From Candidatus Bathyarchaeota archaeon (GTDB lineage Archaea; Thermoproteota; Bathyarchaeia; Bathyarchaeales; Bathycorpusculaceae): a DNA stretch of 64,000 bases. The stretch lies in NCBI GenBank assembly GCA_963775465.1, contig CAVZIW010000006.1, positions 252,755 to 316,754 of the forward strand. Reading direction: 5' to 3'. The notes beneath the pieces were generated by a model. The model had not been told where the DNA came from and made no database searches. It saw nothing but the letters and a program-made list of their open reading frames with translations. Positions 57,951-64,000 of this stretch are shown here, piece by piece; the first letter of the stretch is position 1, and every line of letters starts with the position of its first letter. A program made the translations under genes and the position numbers.

Positions 57951-58764
57951 GTAAACCCCTAACGTTCTGAGGTTCTAATTGATCGGGTAAGTTAAAAAAA
58001 TTATCTGAGACTTTGCTAGATTTTCTAAGGGTAATTTGTTAAATGACTGCAAAAATTGATTCTTCATAAGAATTTCAGCTTGGCTATAGGTTGCTAACAA
58101 AGAAATATAGACTCTTTTTATTCAAATATATTTTCCGTTCTTTCCGATGGTAATAAATAACTTTCAGTATGCACCTAGTTTGGTTGTGTCGACTTTGACT
58201 ACCAAGACTTTGGTTTGTGGATGTGTTTATGAAGAAAAAGATTGGATGCTTGTGCGAATTAAAGAGTGCGAGAGACATCATAAGGAGCGAACTCGGAAAA
58301 AAGAGTACCGTCCAAAGGCAGAATGCAACAGGAACGATACACGTGGCGAATAAAAATGGGGTATCGCGTGGTTTCGATAACCTTGTCAATCTAGAAGAGG
58401 TAACAATGCTGCAGGGATGTAACCCAACGTGAACTTTCTATATTAAAGATAATTGTTCGTTCCCCCGATTAAACTATTTTAGCGATTTCATGACTACCAC
58501 TACTCAACTCAATGTCAGTGTTTACTCAAGAACCCTTCGATTGAAAGCTATTGCCAAAAATATTAAGCTCAGGTTAGAATGATTTTGAACTAAGATTTGT
58601 GCTTTGGATCTGATTTCTAACTAGCTGCGCTCCTCCTCATATCCCGTCAATATTCCCCACAATCGCCAAAACAGCACGACAAAACAATTTCTCTTTAAGA
58701 GGTATTGATTTTTTCGGTATTAATGCGGTCGAGCGCGCGCGCACTTTCAGCTCAAAAGGCATAG

Positions 58765-59001
58765 TTGCACACAGAAACTCCTGTCTTCGGAAAACACCAT
58801 TTCTCGGTTGAAAGTCAAATAATCAAGTCCTTGCATGAAAGTGTCAAAAATGGGGTTTACAAAGAGAAGGATGCTTCAGTGGTTGCCATTCAATTAATCG
58901 GTGTCTTCATTAAAGAACACAAAAAAGAAATATCGAGAGCCAAAAAAGACTTAAGAAAACGATTTACTCGATTTCAGCCAAAAAACTTTGCTAAACTATA
59001 A
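58765..59001 (+). CDS. Hypothetical protein
   Basis: 78-aa ORF directly upstream of the CheB-CheR kinase gene. No motif. Confidence 0.3.
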   Translation: MHTETPVFGKHHFSVESQIIKSLHESVKNGVYKEKDASVVAIQLIGVFIKEHKKEISRAKKDLRKRFTRFQPKNFAKL

Positions 59002-59043
59002 AAGGACAAAACACGTTTTAAATATAATTTCAGGTTAATTGTT

Positions 59044-62000
59044 ATGACGCTCAAGACGGAAGAGGCTACGAATGAAACTTCTGATCAAAGGGACGATGCA
59101 TTTCCAATCGTTGGTATTGGCGCTTCCGCAGGTGGATTGGAGCCAATTAGGGAGTTGCTTCGGCACCTTCCAAGTACGTTAGGCTTATCATTTGTAATTA
59201 TTCAGCATCTAGCGGCGGGGCAAGAAAGCCTACTGCCTGAGATTCTTGCAAGGTCAACCAAAATGCAAGTTGTCCAGGTCACAGATAACTTGGAAGTTAT
59301 AGAGAATCATGTCTATGTTATCCCTCCTGGGACAACGATGACTTTGGAAGGCAGTTATCTAAAGCTTGTGCCAAAAGTCGCCACGCAAAGACCGATAAAC
59401 GCATTCTTTTCTTCTTTAGCTCTGGAACGGAAATCACAGGCAATCGGGATAGTGCTTTCTGGTCTAGGTAACGATGGAACTGAAGGATTAAAAGCAATCA
59501 AAGCCGAAGGCGGAATCACCTTTGCACAAGAACCAAAAAATGCTCAATACGCCGATATGCCCCGAAACGCTATTGACTCACAGGCAATAGATTTTGTTCT
59601 CGAACCAGAAAGAATCGCCAAAGAACTAACGATTTTAGCCAGGCAACCTAACCTAATTCATGCCAAAGCAAAGGAACTTGAGATTCAACTATCCAAGGAA
59701 GAAACGGATCTAAGAAAAATACTCATGCTTATCAAAACTGCTTTTGGTGTAGATCTTACCCACTACAAGCAAACTACCATTAACCGTCGAATAACCCGAC
59801 GTTTGGTTATCAACAAATCAAAGAACCTTCGCCAGTATGTAGATGTTTTGCGATCTGATAAAAAAGAGTTGCAGGCATTATTTAATGACTTGCTGATAGG
59901 TGTTACCAGTTTCTTTAGGGAACCAAAAACTTTTGAAATCTTAAAACAAAAAGTGTTTCCACAGATAATAAAGGAAAGATCACCAACTACTGAAAAGCTC
60001 CGTTTTTGGGTTCCAGCCTGCTCAACTGGTGAAGAAGCATATTCTCTTGCAATTGCTTTTCAAGAATTTCTCCAAGATAATGACATAGTCAATGTTAACG
60101 TTCAGATATTTGGAACGGACGCGAACGAAAAAAGTATTGAGAAGGCACGTCAAGCAACTTATCCTAAAGCAATAGAAGAGGCCGTTTCTGACATCAGATT
60201 AAAGCAGTTTTTCAGCAAGTTGGATGGAAGATATCAGATTTCAAAACCAATACGTGATATGTGTGTCTTTGCCAAGCATGATATAACCTCTGATCCGCCC
60301 TTTTCTAATTTGGATCTCATTATTTGCCGCAATTTACTAATTTATTTTGATGTTTACCTGCAAGAAAGGGTTTTGCCCGTTCTCCATTATGGGCTAAAAC
60401 CTGATGGTTTTCTAGTTTTAGGCGAATCTGAGAGCGTTGGAAAATTTCAATACCTCTTTGAACCGCTCACCACAAAAAGCGCCATTTTCAAGAAGAAACG
60501 AGCCCAGCCACAAGCGACAATAGAAACCGGAACTTTTGTACCATATGCCACTAAGAAAACCTACAATCCACCCCAAAAAATAGATGCAATGACTTCATTA
60601 AAGCAAGAAGTCGATAGTGAGTTAATCGAGCAGTATGCTCCTGCAACATTGCTAACTAACAGCAATTTAGATATTCTTCTTTTTCGTGGTCAAGTTAACC
60701 CATACCTAACACATGAATCTGGTACTGCAAGCTTCAACGTTAATAAAATTGTTAAAAAAGAGTTAAAGCCACAGGTTCAATTGGCTATTCTGAGAGCAAA
60801 AAAAGAAAACAAGGCGGCTATTGAGAGGGTTTCACTCGAAGAAAAAGACGTCAACAGAACAGTAGAGGTCATGGTTAAACCGTTTAATGCATCGCAGTTT
60901 GATGAAACATTCCTTCTCATAAGCTTCAAAGAAATATTATGCCCTTCTGTGCCTAAAGCATCCATCGCTGAGGAAGGGCTGAAGTTTGGCGGTGAGGATT
61001 TACAGGAAAGACAAATTCGTGAGTTAACTGAAGATTTGATCTCTTCTAAGCAGACCTTACAATCTATTATTGAGTCGCATGAAGCAACAACAGAAGAGTT
61101 ACGCTCAACAATAGAAGAAGCGCAATCAAGTAACGAAGCTCTACAGAGCACCAATGAGGAATTGGAAACAGCCAAAGAGGAACTACAATCAAGCAATGAA
61201 GAATTACAAACTCTCAATGAGGAACTAAAAAACCGTAATGAATTACTAACGACAATAAATGATGACTTGGCTAATTTGATAAAAAACGTTGACACCACTG
61301 TTGTTATCGTGGACAATAATTTTGTAATAAGGCGGGCAACCGCGTCGGCTTGGGGCGTACTTAACATTCAGCCATCAGATATTGGACACGCGATTTTTGC
61401 TACAAATATTGCAAATTTCATTAAGGACTTAGAAACCAAGCTGAATAACGTGACTACAAACTTCACGCAAGTAGTGCAAGAAGTACCCGGACAAAATGGT
61501 TTGTACTACGAGCTTAGAATTCGACCATATTTAACTTCTAGTAAGAAAATTGCTGGAGCCGTCTTGACCTTCGTAAACATCACCGAAAGAAAACTTCTCG
61601 AATTACAGCAAAAAGGACACACTGAGAAGCTTGAGGCGGATGTTAGAACTCAAGAAGCCAAATTGATTGCTTCTGAACGCATGGCGGCTATTGGGAAAAC
61701 CGCAGGTATGGTTGGACATGACCTTCGTAATCCTTTGCAGACGGTTGTCGGCGAGTTATACTTGGCAGGAAAGACTTTAGAGGAATTACCGGATAGTGAG
61801 CAAAAAGGAAGCCTGCATGAAAGCATAGCAACCATTACCGAACAGACGCAATACATGGATAAGATAGTTAGCGATTTACAAACTTTCGTCAAGCCAGTTG
61901 AGGCACATAAAGAAAAAGTCTATTTAAAAAAAGTAATTGATCATATTTTAGCTAAAATAATTACGCCAAATATTAAAATTGATGTTTCAGTGAGCAAAGA

Positions 62001-62340
62001 TTTGGTGATCAATACCGACCTTCAATTACTCAAAAGAGTGCTCATAAATCTTGTAACCAATGCGATTCAAGCTATGCCAAATGGAGGACAAATAACCATC
62101 AAAGCAAGGCGTGTCAATGAGGGGCAAGTGGAGATAAGCGTTGAGGATACAGGGTTGGGTATTCCTGATGAGATTAAACCAAGGGTATTCACGCCTCTGT
62201 TTACTACTAAGGCTCAAGGCCAAGGCTTCGGTTTAGCCGTATGTAAAAGGGTAATTGAAGCTCAAGGTGGAACGATAGAATTTGAGAGCCCAGTGGGCAA
62301 AGGAGCAAAATTCACAATAAAGCTGCCAATCACTAAATGA
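59044..62340 (+). CDS. CheB methylesterase - CheR methyltransferase - PAS - histidine kinase fusion
   Basis: GASAGG, QHL and GNDG (CheB triad); VTSFFRE, ACSTGEEAYS and CRNLLIY (CheR); EELQS.NEEL coiled coil; GHDLRNPL; NLVTNA, DTGLGI and GFGL (HATPase). Confidence 0.92.
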   Translation: MTLKTEEATNETSDQRDDAFPIVGIGASAGGLEPIRELLRHLPSTLGLSFVIIQHLAAGQESLLPEILARSTKMQVVQVTDNLEVIENHVYVIPPGTTMTLEGSYLKLVPKVATQRPINAFFSSLALERKSQAIGIVLSGLGNDGTEGLKAIKAEGGITFAQEPKNAQYADMPRNAIDSQAIDFVLEPERIAKELTILARQPNLIHAKAKELEIQLSKEETDLRKILMLIKTAFGVDLTHYKQTTINRRITRRLVINKSKNLRQYVDVLRSDKKELQALFNDLLIGVTSFFREPKTFEILKQKVFPQIIKERSPTTEKLRFWVPACSTGEEAYSLAIAFQEFLQDNDIVNVNVQIFGTDANEKSIEKARQATYPKAIEEAVSDIRLKQFFSKLDGRYQISKPIRDMCVFAKHDITSDPPFSNLDLIICRNLLIYFDVYLQERVLPVLHYGLKPDGFLVLGESESVGKFQYLFEPLTTKSAIFKKKRAQPQATIETGTFVPYATKKTYNPPQKIDAMTSLKQEVDSELIEQYAPATLLTNSNLDILLFRGQVNPYLTHESGTASFNVNKIVKKELKPQVQLAILRAKKENKAAIERVSLEEKDVNRTVEVMVKPFNASQFDETFLLISFKEILCPSVPKASIAEEGLKFGGEDLQERQIRELTEDLISSKQTLQSIIESHEATTEELRSTIEEAQSSNEALQSTNEELETAKEELQSSNEELQTLNEELKNRNELLTTINDDLANLIKNVDTTVVIVDNNFVIRRATASAWGVLNIQPSDIGHAIFATNIANFIKDLETKLNNVTTNFTQVVQEVPGQNGLYYELRIRPYLTSSKKIAGAVLTFVNITERKLLELQQKGHTEKLEADVRTQEAKLIASERMAAIGKTAGMVGHDLRNPLQTVVGELYLAGKTLEELPDSEQKGSLHESIATITEQTQYMDKIVSDLQTFVKPVEAHKEKVYLKKVIDHILAKIITPNIKIDVSVSKDLVINTDLQLLKRVLINLVTNAIQAMPNGGQITIKARRVNEGQVEISVEDTGLGIPDEIKPRVFTPLFTTKAQGQGFGLAVCKRVIEAQGGTIEFESPVGKGAKFTIKLPITK

Positions 62341-62692
62341 CTGACGCCTCATACCGCAGTTTGCTAAATGCCTTATAATTATCGCAGGATTTAACAACAT
62401 AATTCTTAAATTAACAATTCTGGGGTTAGGTATATCTTTTTTATTATTGCATACTGCGATAGGGCATAATTGATTTTTCATTGAAATGACTCCACTCAAC
62501 TTTATGACTGCATTGCCTCAACAACTCTTCGATTATTTGAATTACCTGTGCAAGATTGCTAAAAAACGTCAAAATGTTTTTGCAGATTTAATTAGAATTA
62601 ATTCGTGGATTTAATTTTATTTCTATCTATACCATCCTTAACCAATTAGTAACCATATGTTTTTTCTTGGTTCCATTCTGTAACCGTTAAAA

Positions 62693-62735
62693 GGTTGGTT
62701 GGATTAAAATTTAATCTTTTTCTCTCTCTTCAGAC
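62693..62735 (+). repeat. Dispersed intergenic repeat, copy 1
   Basis: ggttggttggattaaaatttaatctttttctctctcttcagac. Confidence 0.6.
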
Positions 62736-63163
62736 ACAGACATACACAGACAGGCAAAATGCATTCGTCGTTTAAATTCAGAAAAGCTTTCAACCTTTCA
62801 GGGTATTATTGCTTAAAGTGATAATCTTTGGTGTTGTAAGGTTTTTATTTCCCTAGGACATTGATGACCATTATTTACATTTTAACTTTTAATTTATTTT
62901 TTTAATTTTTCCTATTTGACCAATTTTTTTTAATAAAGCCACGACATCTCTTCACAGACCTCTTATTTCTTTTCTCCCATCCTCCTCCCCTTAAACCGTT
63001 TCATATCTTACTATACTACTAATCCTTACACACACCCACAACAATACAAAATTACGCAAAAGCAAAAATGATCGTCTTCAATAGTGAGTGTAGCTATATT
63101 TGATTTTTTCAAACCTTATGCTCTTCTACTTTTCAGAGTAAACCTCCGAAGTGAAAATTGGTT

Positions 63164-63663
63164 TTAGAGAATGCCTAGTGTAATGAGAACATGGAAAATT
63201 ATCACCAAGAAAAACACCATAACCAAACTTGCGTGAATAAACTTGTTAGTCTTATGGTCAATTTGATTAATTAACGGGAATCTCTCAGCAAAACCTGATA
63301 TCACCTCTAGAGTTAAGGCAATGTAAATAGCTAAACCTGTGCCCAAAGAGGGATAGAATAAGGCGGATCTTCCAGTTGACCTGCAAAATGGATCGAGACT
63401 AGCGAAAAGAATAGAAGATTTACGTATATGTGAAACTTGAGAAGACCCTTGTACTTTTGAGGATACTGGCGCTTTAATAGCACGAATGCTGGGGTAGCGA
63501 TGGCTATGTAGCTTGTTCCAATTATAGCAAGCCAATGACTAAAACGAAGAGGACCAACAAAGAAACTTGTGTCTATCCAATGCACGAAGGCAGCGACCAT
63601 AAACAATGCTGTTGCTATGACAATCAATAATGCCACTAAGAATTCAGGGTCTTTGAATTTCAC
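63164..63663 (-). pseudogene. Multi-TM membrane protein with His residues, split by a -1 frameshift near 63372
   Basis: Adding one G in caactggaaga joins MKFKDPEFLV...SIHFAGQL to GRSALFYPSLGTGLAIY...FIHASLV...IFHVL. Confidence 0.7.
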
Positions 63664-63822
63664 TAAAAATCCTCTACTTCACCTAGCGGATAACTGAATA
63701 TAAGAGTTCCTCAAGGGTAGGTGTAGTCAAAATTAAAAATGCGATTAATCGAGTGCGCTGTTTGGATTTGGTTTTGGTGTTTGGGTATTCAAAATTTTTC
63801 TAGTTTTTGCTGCTAATCCATG

Positions 63823-63862
63823 GGTTGGTTGGATTAAATTTTATTCTTTCTCTCTCTCAAAC
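63823..63862 (+). repeat. Dispersed intergenic repeat, copy 2
   Basis: ggttggttggattaaattttattctttctctctctcaaac. Confidence 0.6.
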
Positions 63863-64000
63863 TCATACTACGTACTCCCAATCACCCACGCCTGCTCGTG
63901 CGTGAATAATGTCTTTCACTCTGTTAGTGTCTGTTACTCGCAGAAAAAGTAAAAAGAAATAAAACATACAGATAGCAATAACATCAGAACGTTGTTTTTT

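Noticed and set aside
58084-58432. Three overlapping short ORFs
   Set aside because: They conflict with one another and none has a motif or convincing start context. At most a decayed gene.

Overview
Archaeal chromosomal segment, most likely Bathyarchaeia. This is an inference from the aIF-1A, aIF-2alpha, NIP7 and EndA genes, a multi-intron tRNA-Trp, Kelch and PEF-like surface proteins and the type IV pilus locus. Most of 14.7-64 kb is ordinary core genome: nadA, nikR, NOP2/NIP7, glnA, hisS, endA, mtnA, mdh, translation factors, a type IV pilus operon, glmM/glmU and a CheB-CheR-kinase fusion. The notable part is an accessory island at about 1.7-14.3 kb with two radical-SAM enzymes, each next to a protein with internal repeated motifs. 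One is a B12-dependent radical SAM tightly coupled to a 241-aa protein carrying four MEPAH motifs. The other is a radical SAM/SPASM enzyme followed by a protein with three P-x-C-x-x-C-x-x-G repeats. The island also holds a signal-less beta-propeller protein, a probable integrase tail plus tRNA-like att scar, and a minimal, partly degenerate contractile injection system cassette (sheath, tube, tube-initiator/AAA fusion). Other points seen directly in the sequence: four genes whose conserved N-termini need a non-canonical, probably ATT, start; an unannotated LysW-like gene; a tRNA-Trp with two introns, one non-canonical and one carrying a C/D-type guide; and two single-base frameshifts. All product calls are motif-based recognition without database searches.
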